Of a stretch of DNA of 35,492 bases, positions 8,278 through 17,037 are shown piece by piece. This DNA comes from an uncultured Clostridia bacterium (GTDB lineage: Bacteria; Bacillota; Clostridia; TANB77; CAG-508). The position numbers and the translations under genes were made by a program. Under the pieces are notes generated by a model. That model had not been told where the DNA came from. It ran no database searches and saw only the letters and a list, made by a program, of their open reading frames with translations. Where the stretch lies: NCBI GenBank assembly GCA_944388015.1, contig CALXHD010000001.1, forward strand, positions 1 to 35,492, written 5' to 3'. Within the stretch, counting starts at the first letter, position 1. Every line of letters begins with the position of its first letter.

Positions 8278-10131
8278 CTATTCAACTGTAACAGATTTTG
8301 CCAAATTTCTTGGTTTATCTACATCTAATCCTTTTTCTTTTGAAATATAATATGCTAAAAGTTGTAAAGGTATTATTGATAATATTGGAGATAAAAATGT
8401 ATTTACTTTTGGTATTACTATTACATCATCAAACATAGAATAATTAACATTTTGATTTGTTATAATTAAAGTTCTTGCACCTCTTGTTATAACTTCTTGA
8501 ATATTATTCACTGTTTTATCAACTAATAATTTATCTGTTAAAATTCCAATTACCGTAATACCACTTTCAATAAGAGCAATTGGTCCATGCTTTAACTCTC
8601 CTGCTGGATAACTCTCTGAATGAATATATGAAATTTCTTTCAATTTAAGTGAGCCTTCTTTTGCAACTGTTTCGTCTATTCCTCTACCTAAGAAAAATAC
8701 ATCTTTTTCTTGATATATTTTTTTTGCAAATTGTTTTATTCTCTCTGCACAATTAAATGTTTCTCCAATTTTTTTAGGTAACTCAAGTATTTCCTTTTTT
8801 AAATTTCTAATTTCTTCTTTATTACTCTTATCTAATATTTCTGCAAAATATATGGCTAACATGTTTACTATTATTACTTGTGATGTATATGCTTTCGTTG
8901 ATGCCACAGCTATCTCAGGTCCTGCATGTGTATAAATAGAATAATCAGCTTCTCTTGTAATAGAACTACCAATAACATTTGAAATAGCTATTGTTTTGCT
9001 TCCACTTTTTTTTGCTAATTTTAAAGCTGCTATAGTATCTGCTGTTTCTCCTGATTGTGATATAAATATAGATAAAGTTTTATTGTTTATAATTGGATCT
9101 CTATACCTAAATTCTGAAGCAATATCAACCTCAGTAGGTATTCTGCACAATTTTTCAATAACATTTTTCCCAGCTAAACCAGCATGCATTGCTGTACCAC
9201 AAGCAACAATATAAATTTTATCTATATTTTCTAATTCTTTTTTAGTTAAAGACAACTCTTCAAATTCACATTTATCATCAATAGAAATTCTTGAACCTAT
9301 TGTTTCTCTTATTGCAGTTGGCTGTTCATATATCTCTTTTAGCATAAAATCTTCATACCCATTTTTTTCACTTGATACAGCCTCCCATTCAATATTACTC
9401 GTTTTTTTATCTATTTGATTTAAATTTGTATCATAAAATTTTATATCATCATTTTTTAATACTGCAAACTCCAGATCATTTAAAAAATAAAAATCACGTG
9501 TATATGACAAAATTGCCGGAATATCTGATGAAATGTATTTTTCATCCTTACATGTACCTATAACTAATGGACTATCTTTTCTTACAACTATCAAATATTC
9601 TGGAAAATCTTTTGAGATAATCTCAAGTGCATAACTTCCCTTAATATCTAAACATGCATTTCTTACAACCTTTAAAAATGTTTGTATTGTGTGTATATTA
9701 TTAATAGCAAGTTCTTTTTTATAATAATAATGAATCAAATTTGGTATAACCTCTGTATCTGTTTCTGAATAAAATTTATACCCATTATCCTCTAGCAATT
9801 TACGTAAGTCATAATAATTTTCAATAATTCCATTATGTACAACACTAAATGTATTAGTGTTATCTCCATGTGGATGTGCATTTTCTTTGCTTGGTTTACC
9901 ATGTGTAGCCCATCTAGTATGTGCAATTCCTATTGTCCCTTCTAAAATCTCTATCTCTTTTTTGTTTTCTAATTCCTTTACTCTACCTTTATCTTTTACT
10001 ATTTTAATACCATCTTTTTCTATTGTTGAAATTCCAGCTGAATCATAACCTCTATATTCTAATCTTGTCAATCCTGCAAGTAGTATAGGACAAGCTTTTT
10101 TTGTTCCTATATATCCAACTATTCCACACAT
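8278..10131 (-). CDS. glmS: Glutamine--fructose-6-phosphate aminotransferase (isomerising)
   Basis: The N-terminal nucleophile MCGIVGYIG, two SIS domains and the C-terminal ...AKSVTVE are all present. Confidence 0.97.
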   Translation of the reverse strand: MCGIVGYIGTKKACPILLAGLTRLEYRGYDSAGISTIEKDGIKIVKDKGRVKELENKKEIEILEGTIGIAHTRWATHGKPSKENAHPHGDNTNTFSVVHNGIIENYYDLRKLLEDNGYKFYSETDTEVIPNLIHYYYKKELAINNIHTIQTFLKVVRNACLDIKGSYALEIISKDFPEYLIVVRKDSPLVIGTCKDEKYISSDIPAILSYTRDFYFLNDLEFAVLKNDDIKFYDTNLNQIDKKTSNIEWEAVSSEKNGYEDFMLKEIYEQPTAIRETIGSRISIDDKCEFEELSLTKKELENIDKIYIVACGTAMHAGLAGKNVIEKLCRIPTEVDIASEFRYRDPIINNKTLSIFISQSGETADTIAALKLAKKSGSKTIAISNVIGSSITREADYSIYTHAGPEIAVASTKAYTSQVIIVNMLAIYFAEILDKSNKEEIRNLKKEILELPKKIGETFNCAERIKQFAKKIYQEKDVFFLGRGIDETVAKEGSLKLKEISYIHSESYPAGELKHGPIALIESGITVIGILTDKLLVDKTVNNIQEVITRGARTLIITNQNVNYSMFDDVIVIPKVNTFLSPILSIIPLQLLAYYISKEKGLDVDKPRNLAKSVTVE

Positions 10132-10165
10132 TTTATATTGCTCCTTTCTTTAAAGAATTTATTAT

Positions 10166-10194
10166 ATTATACAACAAAGCATAAAAAATGTGAA
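10166..10194 (-). promoter_or_regulatory. Candidate glmS promoter
   Basis: The minus strand reads TTCACA, a 17-nt spacer, then TATAAT. This leaves only a ~30 nt leader. Confidence 0.4.
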
Positions 10195-10212
10195 ATGTTT
10201 TTTGATATTTTT

Positions 10213-10230
10213 TTATCTATTAGGAAAATC
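10213..10230. repeat. Half copy of the dispersed palindrome
   Basis: TTATCTATTAGGAAAATC matches the left arm of the family. No right arm follows, and the sequence abuts the bofA stop. Confidence 0.5.
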
Positions 10231-10236
10231 AATATA

Positions 10237-10494
10237 TTACAGCCACAACTTAATTAAAAACAAAGCCACTGCACCTGGAATTCCTAACAGTCCGATAATG
10301 ATACTAGTAAAAAAGTTAAGACCGATATGGAAATTAAAATTAGCACCTATTATATTAATTAAAAAAATAACCACTCCACCTAAAATAGAATTAAACACTA
10401 ATTTCAATATTTTTTTTATTGGTACAATAAATATCCTTCCAAAAATAAACAAAAAACAAATACAAGCTAGATATGCAATAATATTTATCTCCAT
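10237..10494 (-). CDS. bofA: Pro-sigmaK processing inhibitor BofA family protein
   Basis: This is an 85-aa two-TM protein with NSILGG...GLLGIPGAVALF. It sits directly downstream of a yaaL-like gene, as in Bacillus. Confidence 0.8.
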   Translation of the reverse strand: MEINIIAYLACICFLFIFGRIFIVPIKKILKLVFNSILGGVVIFLINIIGANFNFHIGLNFFTSIIIGLLGIPGAVALFLIKLWL

Positions 10495-10543
10495 ATGTAT
10501 TCCTCCTGTTGTATCTTATGCAACAAGAGGACAAATAATGATT

Positions 10544-10837
10544 TTAATAATTAATTACATCTTCATCATATTCTCCTAAAACATATTCTCGATCTTTTAT
10601 AAAATCAACATTTAATCCTTTTATTTTTGCCATTTTTATTAGATAATCCAATTTTGCCTGATTTGCCTTAATTTGATAAATATAATAATCAATTAAATCT
10701 GAATCAGCAAACTCGTAATTTTTATTTGCAAAGTCTAAATCCTGCCTGGTTTTTATTATATTTTTTATTAATTCTGTTTCTTTATCTAATTCTGTTCTCT
10801 CAACAATTAGATAATCTCTTTTATAAAATTCCTGCAT
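10544..10837 (-). CDS. yaaL: YaaL/DUF2508 family protein
   Basis: 97 aa. The sequence ...IKTRQDLDFANKNYEFADSDLIDYYIYQIKANQAKLDYLIKMAK is the DUF2508 pattern. Synteny with bofA supports the call. Confidence 0.75.
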   Translation of the reverse strand: MQEFYKRDYLIVERTELDKETELIKNIIKTRQDLDFANKNYEFADSDLIDYYIYQIKANQAKLDYLIKMAKIKGLNVDFIKDREYVLGEYDEDVINY

Positions 10838-10921
10838 ATACCCCTCCTACATAAATTATTTTATAACTATTTTATGTACAAGCTTTGAAAATTATTCCAA
10901 ATAAAGTTGAATTCTTTAAGA

Positions 10922-10937
10922 AGTTCTAATTAGAACT
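10922..10937. promoter_or_regulatory. Perfect 16-bp palindrome, candidate operator
   Basis: AGTTCTAATTAGAACT is its own reverse complement. It lies in the 326-bp divergent intergenic region. Confidence 0.35.
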
Positions 10938-10961
10938 CCAAATTTATTCAATATAATAAAT

Positions 10962-11080
10962 AATTTTAACTTTTCTCTTTGACTTTTCGTTAATTTGTTC
11001 TGCGCCAAATTTATGTAATAAATTTGTGTGCAATATGTTTTATCTATTAGAAAAGTCAGCATGACTTTCATAATAGATAA
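10962..11080. repeat. Composite intergenic repeat, copy B (Box1 plus GC-clamped hairpin plus palindrome)
   Basis: Box1 is AATTTTAACTTTTCTCTTTGACTTTTCGTTAATTTGTTCTG (10962..11002). The hairpin GCGCCAAATTTAT-gta-ATAAATTTGTGTGC is at 11002..11031. The palindrome TTATCTATTAGAAAAGTCA-gc-ATGACTTTCATAATAGATAA is at 11040..11080. Confidence 0.6.
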
Positions 11081-11097
11081 AAAAATAGCAAAAACAC

Positions 11098-11126
11098 TTG
11101 ATTTTTTAGTAATTTTATAAGATAAT
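11098..11126 (+). promoter_or_regulatory. Candidate promoter of the coupling-protein-like gene
   Basis: TTGATT, a 17-nt spacer, then GATAAT. It sits about 38 nt upstream of the ATG, which has an AAAGGA SD. Confidence 0.4.
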
Positions 11127-11163
11127 ATATATGGATATTTTATAATTTAGAAAGGATATAATA

Positions 11164-13494
11164 ATGAAATTTATAGACAAATTTTTGAAAAAATTAAATA
11201 CTAACAGAAATAATTTTGCAACATATATTTTAACACTTATAACATTATATATTGTTGTAGATAGACTTGTTGAAATATTATTAATTATATTCACAGGTGT
11301 TTCTTATTCATATTGGGGACCTATTAAATATTGTTTAGCAATGGCTTGTCCTATGCTTGCATATGCATTTTCAGTCCCTTCAGAATATTCAACATCAAAA
11401 GCACAAAAAGTAAAAATATTTTATACCTATATAATCCTCTTAACTGTAATAGTAGCATCTATGTTTACACAATGGCTAAATAAAGGGATTTGGCTTTTCT
11501 TAATATCTGTTCCAGATTATGAAGACTTAGTTACAAATTTCTCAGAATTATTTAGACCTGCATTAACATCAATATCTTTATTTATCCCTATAGCTATTGG
11601 GTATAAAATTTTTAATTTTCTATATTTTGGTGTAAATGATTCAACAGATCAAACACGTTCTATTTGGGATTATGCAGGTATTGATTTATCAGACAAGAAA
11701 AAGGATACTGGTCCATATACTTGCGAGTTATTTATGTTTAATGACTCTGAAACTGGTAAAAGTGCTGTATTACCTGAAGTTTCAAGATTTCAGTCAACTT
11801 TTGTATGCGGTGGTTCAGGTAGTGGAAAAACAGCTTTAGTTTATGAACCATTTATAGCAAGAGATTTAGAAAAGAAATTCTTCTTCAGCCAAGTTGCAAA
11901 AGAAATGGGATATACTGCATTAAAAACTAATATTGCAGTACTTAATAAACCATATGATAATGAATATTTAAATAAAAATTTTAATTTAAATATGTTATTA
12001 CCTGCATATGGAAAAGATACAATTTACAAAGCATATATGAAAAAAATGCTTATAGCAGATTCTCCTGAATACATTTATAGAAATTGTGGAATTACGGTGA
12101 TGTCACCTGATAAAGAAATTTCAACACATATGGCAGATGTTGCTAAAAACTTTGGCTTTACATACAACATAGTAGATCCATCTGATCCAAATTCTATTGG
12201 TATAAATCCATTTGTGTATGATTCTCCTTCTAAAATCGCAATTACTATATCATCTGCTTTAAAAGCTATGTATGAAGATACACATGAAGACTTAACAGAA
12301 GTTTATAGAGAAGACTTTACTAGACAAGCAATTGAAAATTTAGCAATTATTTTAAAAGAAATGTATCCTAGAATGCATGAAGGTTTATTACCTAATTTAG
12401 ATGATATGTTAAAAATGTTTGTAAATTTTGATTTAATAGAAAAAATGTGTGAAATAATGGCACATGACGAAAATTTAAAAGAAAAATACTCAACACCTTT
12501 AGCATATTTTAAAAAGAACTTTTATAAAAACTCTCCTGGTAGAGAGACAACAGAAAAAGGCATTTCTGAAGCTATATCTCTATTAGATAATTTATTAAGA
12601 TTAGATGGTGTAAAATCAATCCTTTGTAATAGATATAATAACATAAATTTTGATGATGTATTAGCAAATGGGGAAATAACTTTTGTATGTACAAGACGTG
12701 GGGATTTAGGAGCAAATAGTCATAAGGCTTTTGGATTATTTTTCTTAATGTCAATGCAAAATGCAGTATTAAGACGTCCTGGTTCTGAAAAAACTAGAAT
12801 TCCACATTTCCTATATATAGATGAATTTCCTGACTTTATAGGAAAATATACAGAACCAATATTTACAATGTATCGTAAATATAAAGTAGGAACAACAATA
12901 TCAGCACAAAACTTAGATCAATTAACACCTGCACATTCTAAAGGTTCTTACAGACAAACAATCTTAGCTAATTGTGTAAATAAAATATTTACAGGAAATG
13001 CAACTGTAGAAGATTTAAATTGGTGGGAAATTGAACTTGGTGTACACAGAGAATGGAAATTTGGAAATACTATTGATTTTAATAAGATGGAATATGACTC
13101 TAAACATGGAAATGTTGAATGGAAATGGACAACTAACTTTAAAGTTGGAAAAATGCAAAACTTTGGTCAAAAAGATTGTGCATTTAAAATTAGAACAGCA
13201 AATGGAAAACCACTTATAGGACAGGGCAAAATGAATTTCTTAGATTCTAAATATAAAGAACCACAAAAAATCAAAAAATTTGATTTTGGAAAATATTCTG
13301 ATAGTGTAACAACTTCAACTGAAGATCATGAAAACGGTATTAGAAAGCCAAAATTTAATCCTAGGAAGCTTGATTTTCTAGATGAAAACAATGAATTTAA
13401 TCCAATACAAACAGATAATACAGATTCTAAATATCTATTTGATAATGAAGATGCAATTGTTGTGAATTTAAAAAAGAATAGTTCAAATGACTAA
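11164..13494 (+). CDS. TraG/TraD/VirD4-family (type IV coupling protein-like) membrane ATPase, orphan
   Basis: About four N-terminal hydrophobic helices are followed by Walker A VCGGSGSGKT and Walker B HFLYIDEFPDF. Then comes the T4CP signature ...KVGTTISAQNLDQL...ILANCVNKIFTGN, and an acidic, low-complexity C-terminal tail. Confidence 0.75.
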   Translation: MKFIDKFLKKLNTNRNNFATYILTLITLYIVVDRLVEILLIIFTGVSYSYWGPIKYCLAMACPMLAYAFSVPSEYSTSKAQKVKIFYTYIILLTVIVASMFTQWLNKGIWLFLISVPDYEDLVTNFSELFRPALTSISLFIPIAIGYKIFNFLYFGVNDSTDQTRSIWDYAGIDLSDKKKDTGPYTCELFMFNDSETGKSAVLPEVSRFQSTFVCGGSGSGKTALVYEPFIARDLEKKFFFSQVAKEMGYTALKTNIAVLNKPYDNEYLNKNFNLNMLLPAYGKDTIYKAYMKKMLIADSPEYIYRNCGITVMSPDKEISTHMADVAKNFGFTYNIVDPSDPNSIGINPFVYDSPSKIAITISSALKAMYEDTHEDLTEVYREDFTRQAIENLAIILKEMYPRMHEGLLPNLDDMLKMFVNFDLIEKMCEIMAHDENLKEKYSTPLAYFKKNFYKNSPGRETTEKGISEAISLLDNLLRLDGVKSILCNRYNNINFDDVLANGEITFVCTRRGDLGANSHKAFGLFFLMSMQNAVLRRPGSEKTRIPHFLYIDEFPDFIGKYTEPIFTMYRKYKVGTTISAQNLDQLTPAHSKGSYRQTILANCVNKIFTGNATVEDLNWWEIELGVHREWKFGNTIDFNKMEYDSKHGNVEWKWTTNFKVGKMQNFGQKDCAFKIRTANGKPLIGQGKMNFLDSKYKEPQKIKKFDFGKYSDSVTTSTEDHENGIRKPKFNPRKLDFLDENNEFNPIQTDNTDSKYLFDNEDAIVVNLKKNSSND

Positions 13495-13597
13495 CAAATT
13501 AACGGAAAGCCATAGAAGAAAGTTAAAGTTATTGTAATTTTTAAGGCTTTCCGATTTGTTCTCTATTAGGTAAGTCATACTGACTTTTCTAATAGAG
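13489..13597. repeat. Composite intergenic repeat, copy C (inverted Box1 plus partial Box1 plus palindrome)
   Basis: The reverse complement of 13489..13528 is CTTTAACTTTCTTCTATGGCTTTCCGTTAATTTGTTAGTC, which is close to Box1. It pairs with GGCTTTCCGATTTGT (13545..13559) to form a 15-bp stem that starts at the stop codon. The palindrome CTCTATTAGGTAAGTCA-tac-TGACTTTTCTAATAGAG follows at 13561..13597. Confidence 0.6.
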
Positions 13598-13605
13598 AAA
13601 ACACA

Positions 13606-14478
13606 TTATATTTTTATTCCAATAAACTCTAATATAATCCCAGCTATAACTCCTATACTATATAAAATACCAACAATTTTAAAATTTTCTTTTAATCCTT
13701 TATTAATTTTAAACAATACTGCTAATCCAACTCCTGCACCTGTTAATAGTCCTGCTATTAAACTTGATACAGATATAACATTTTCTAAATACATGTTTGT
13801 TAAAATAACTGATGCAGCACAATTTGGTATTAGACCTATTAATCCTGCAATTATTGGACCTATAATTGGCTTATTTAATAATATATTTGCAATATTTTCT
13901 TCTCCAATAACATATACTAATATATTTATCACAAAAGTTACTAATATAATAAAAAGAAATATATTAACTGTGTGTTTTATTGCTGATTTAAATATTCCTG
14001 ATTCATCACAATGACAATGTTCTTCTTCACAAATATGTGTTATACCATCATCTTCTTTATCCTCATTATTTCCCTTCCTATTTTTTACAAATCTATAAAT
14101 AAAATCTACAAGAAAACCTCCTATTATTCCAATAATTAATTTAAGTCCTAATATTTTTATTATAACACTTATTGGCGTACCCTCTGAAATAAAAATAGGT
14201 ATCATTTCATCTGATGTTGCCAAATATACTGATATTAATGTACCTAATGTAATTACTCTCCCTGCATATAAGTTAGTTGCAGATACAGAAAATCCACACT
14301 GTGGAAATATACCTAAAGCTGAACCTATAATTGGTCCAAATTTACCCGATTTTTTTATAATTTTTTTGGATTTTTCTCCCATTTTATGTTCTATGTATTC
14401 CATAATAAGATATGTAATAAATAAAAAAGGTAGTAATTTTATACTATCTATTAAAGTATCTTCTATAATTTCAAACAT
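13606..14478 (-). CDS. ArsP_2-type putative 10-TM heavy-metal/manganese exporter family protein
   Basis: LLPFLFITYLIMEYIEHK...FPQCGFSVSATNLYAGRVITLGTLISVYLATSDEM... and a second-half PNCAASV match this family. A His/Cys/Asp/Glu-rich central loop is present (ITHICEEEHCHCDESG). AAAGGAG lies before the ATG at 14478. Confidence 0.7.
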   Translation of the reverse strand: MFEIIEDTLIDSIKLLPFLFITYLIMEYIEHKMGEKSKKIIKKSGKFGPIIGSALGIFPQCGFSVSATNLYAGRVITLGTLISVYLATSDEMIPIFISEGTPISVIIKILGLKLIIGIIGGFLVDFIYRFVKNRKGNNEDKEDDGITHICEEEHCHCDESGIFKSAIKHTVNIFLFIILVTFVINILVYVIGEENIANILLNKPIIGPIIAGLIGLIPNCAASVILTNMYLENVISVSSLIAGLLTGAGVGLAVLFKINKGLKENFKIVGILYSIGVIAGIILEFIGIKI

Positions 14479-14538
14479 AATAAAATCTCCTTTACGTATA
14501 TTATATAATAACATAAAAGAGATAAATTTGCAAGAATT

Positions 14539-15063
14539 TTATCTACATCGCCTATATGTTCCACAAAATCGACCTGTTCTACTATTATTTGGTATCACAT
14601 TTGCCGATACTGCAATCGTATTATTATCTACTTGATTACATGTACAGATAGTACCATTTCTACCAATATTAAAACTTCCATTTAATGTTGCAATATTTTG
14701 ATCTCCAATATTTGAATTACCTGCATCATCACAAATATCAGAATTACATTCTCTTCTACATGTATTATTACAACTACATGTCATATTGCAAGAATTTACA
14801 TTTCTTGTATTATAATCAACATATGAAATAAATTTACACAATATCATAACAATATATGCCGTAATAAAAGATATAAATGTATATACTATAGTTGCAATTA
14901 AGAAATTTAAATTATCAACTACAAATGTAATTACTAGAAATATTGCAAATATAATGCTTGCAACGAAAATCGGACATTTAAATATTTTTTGCAAAATAGT
15001 AGAAAATATAATAACAGCTATAGGTAATGCAAAAAAGATAAGCAAAATATTCATAATTACCAT
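14539..15063 (-). CDS. Hypothetical membrane protein with a Cys-rich C-terminal domain
   Basis: Three hydrophobic helices are followed by CNMTCSCNNTCRRECNSDICDD...CTCNQ...FCGTYRRCR. I recognise no family. The start is uncertain (TTG 15066, ATG 15063 or ATG 15051). Confidence 0.55.
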   Translation of the reverse strand: MVIMNILLIFFALPIAVIIFSTILQKIFKCPIFVASIIFAIFLVITFVVDNLNFLIATIVYTFISFITAYIVMILCKFISYVDYNTRNVNSCNMTCSCNNTCRRECNSDICDDAGNSNIGDQNIATLNGSFNIGRNGTICTCNQVDNNTIAVSANVIPNNSRTGRFCGTYRRCR

Positions 15064-15121
15064 CAATCCTTTTTACCTTTTTTGTATATATTATGTTAGC
15101 TGTATACAAAATGTGAAAAAA

Positions 15122-15859
15122 TTAATCATATTCTACTTTAACCAAATATAATCCCTGTGGTGGCAAAGTTTTTCCTGCATTTTCACGTTTTCCTAAATTT
15201 ATAATTTCTAAAATTCTACTAGGCTCTATCTTACCTAGACCAACATCTACAAGTGTACCAGCTATTATACGAACCATATTATATAAAAAGCCATTACCTG
15301 TTAATTCAATAAATATTCTATCATCTTTTCTATAAACATCAGCAGCATAAATTGTTCTCACACTACTTTTACTACTAGTACCACTTGCTTTAAATGCTTT
15401 AAAATCGTGTTCACCAATAAAGTACTTTACTGCTTCACACATTTTTTTCTCATCTAATGGCATAGATATATTTGTTTCTAAATTTCGATAAATTGCCGTA
15501 CCTTGACTCGAATTATTTATAATATATCTATATGTCTTTCGTTTACAAGATAATCTACTATGAAATCTTTCATCTACTTCTTCTGCCTTTATAATACGAA
15601 TACTCTTCTTCAAATTTGTATTTATCGCTATTGCAAACTTCTCTATTGGTATTGTAGAATTTGTTTTAAAATTTGCAACTTGCCCTAATGCATGTACTCC
15701 TGCATCTGTTCTTCCAGAGCCATTTAATTCGGCTATCTCCCCTGTAACTTGGGAAATAGCCTGTTCAATATTACCTTGTATATTCAATTTATTTGGCTGT
15801 TTTTGCCAACCATTAAATTCTTTTCCATCATATTCAATAGTTAATTTTATGTTTCGCAT
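15122..15859 (-). CDS. truA: tRNA pseudouridine(38-40) synthase
   Basis: IEYDGKEFNGWQKQ and GSGRTDAGVHALGQVANF (catalytic Asp) are present. Confidence 0.95.
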   Translation of the reverse strand: MRNIKLTIEYDGKEFNGWQKQPNKLNIQGNIEQAISQVTGEIAELNGSGRTDAGVHALGQVANFKTNSTIPIEKFAIAINTNLKKSIRIIKAEEVDERFHSRLSCKRKTYRYIINNSSQGTAIYRNLETNISMPLDEKKMCEAVKYFIGEHDFKAFKASGTSSKSSVRTIYAADVYRKDDRIFIELTGNGFLYNMVRIIAGTLVDVGLGKIEPSRILEIINLGKRENAGKTLPPQGLYLVKVEYD

Positions 15860-15869
15860 ATTATACCTT

Positions 15870-16844
15870 TTACTTTTCTTCCTTTTTTTTCTGATTTTCT
15901 AACTTTTCTTTTCTTATCTTTTCTTTAAGTCTAGCAATTGTTTTATTTGTTTTTCTCTGATTACTTGCAAATCTTTTAGTTACAATATTACTAATTAAAA
16001 TCTTTTTTAATACATCTTCTCTAACATCCATAATTAATGTTCCATCTTTTGCAACAGATATTTTTCCAGTTTCTTCTGATACAACAACAGCTATACTATC
16101 AGACTCTTTTGATATTCCAATTGCTGCTCTATGTCTTGTTCCCAATTCTTTTGCTATATCAGTATCATCTGCTAATGGTAATACACATGCTGCAGCTGAT
16201 ATTTTATTATTACTAATTACAACAGCACCATCATGTAAAGGAGTTTTTGGCACAAATATATTTACCAATAATTGTGGTGAAACCTCTGCATCCATAGGTA
16301 CTCCTGTTGCAATAATATCCTGTATATTAATATCTCTTTCAATTACAATTAGAGCACCTGTTTTTGTTTTTGACAATTCTTCTGCAGCAATTACGACTTT
16401 ATATATATCTTCTTTTGTTTTTGTTGCAATATCTTTATCTATTCCAAAAAATCTTGTAAACTTATTTGTTCCTAATTGTTCTAGTGCTCTTCTGAGTTCA
16501 GGTTGAAATATTACAAGAATTGCAATTAATCCAATATTTATAATAGCTGTTAAGATTGCATTTAATATCCTTAAATTTAGAAAACTACTTACCCATGTTG
16601 CAACAAATATAAGTGCAATCCCTTTAATTAACTGCCATGCTCTAGAGCCTTTTACAATTCTAAAAAAACCATATAATAAAAATACAACTAGTGCTATATC
16701 TATTATTAGTGTTATTAATTCAAATGGATTTGTTTTTAAACTATTTATATATCCCAAAATATTTTCTGTATAAAAATTTTCTAATGTTGTTGTTCCAGTA
16801 GGTGTAATAGTTCCTACAGTACCTACATTTCCAATATTACTCAT
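15870..16844 (-). CDS. cdaA: Diadenylate cyclase CdaA (three TM helices plus DAC domain)
   Basis: The protein has N-terminal TM helices, DAC motifs HDGAVVI and GTRHRAAIG, and a Lys-rich C-terminal tail. No cdaR or glmM follows. Confidence 0.9.
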   Translation of the reverse strand: MSNIGNVGTVGTITPTGTTTLENFYTENILGYINSLKTNPFELITLIIDIALVVFLLYGFFRIVKGSRAWQLIKGIALIFVATWVSSFLNLRILNAILTAIINIGLIAILVIFQPELRRALEQLGTNKFTRFFGIDKDIATKTKEDIYKVVIAAEELSKTKTGALIVIERDINIQDIIATGVPMDAEVSPQLLVNIFVPKTPLHDGAVVISNNKISAAACVLPLADDTDIAKELGTRHRAAIGISKESDSIAVVVSEETGKISVAKDGTLIMDVREDVLKKILISNIVTKRFASNQRKTNKTIARLKEKIRKEKLENQKKKEEK

Positions 16845-16896
16845 GTTTTTATATTCCTTATTACATATTTAGGTTTATTGGTTACCTATTACCATA

Positions 16897-17037
16897 TTAT
16901 ATTAGTGCAAAAATTAATGTGGCACATGTTCCTCCAACCATTAATAATGCTAAAATTCCAGCCATTATCTTAACAAAAACTGTGCCTTTATTGTATTCTC
17001 TTCTTTTCTTTTTTTCTTCTTTATTTTTTTTGTTCAT
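16897..17037 (-). CDS. Possible small tail-anchored membrane protein (46 aa), not in the ORF track
   Basis: The sequence is MNKKNKEEKKKRREYNKGTVFVKIMAGILALLMVGGTCATLIFALI*. The SD is weak (AAAGGAA). It lies in the 307-bp gap between pdp and cdaA, on the same strand as both. Confidence 0.35.
   Translation of the reverse strand: MNKKNKEEKKKRREYNKGTVFVKIMAGILALLMVGGTCATLIFALI

Noticed and set aside
10132-10236. Expected glmS ribozyme upstream of glmS
   Set aside because: Only 105 bp separate glmS from bofA. A plausible promoter leaves a ~30-nt leader, and none of the conserved GC-rich ribozyme core is present.
10190-10579. 129-aa plus-strand ORF spanning the bofA region
   Set aside because: It is antisense to a good BofA-family ORF and to the yaaL 3' end, and it has no SD or family resemblance.
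8241-13597. Palindromes flanking the T4CP-like gene interpreted as integron attC sites
   Set aside because: The arm order is GTTATAG...CTATAAC, which is the reverse of the attC R''(RYYYAAC)...R'(GTTRRRY) arrangement. No integron integrase is in the window.
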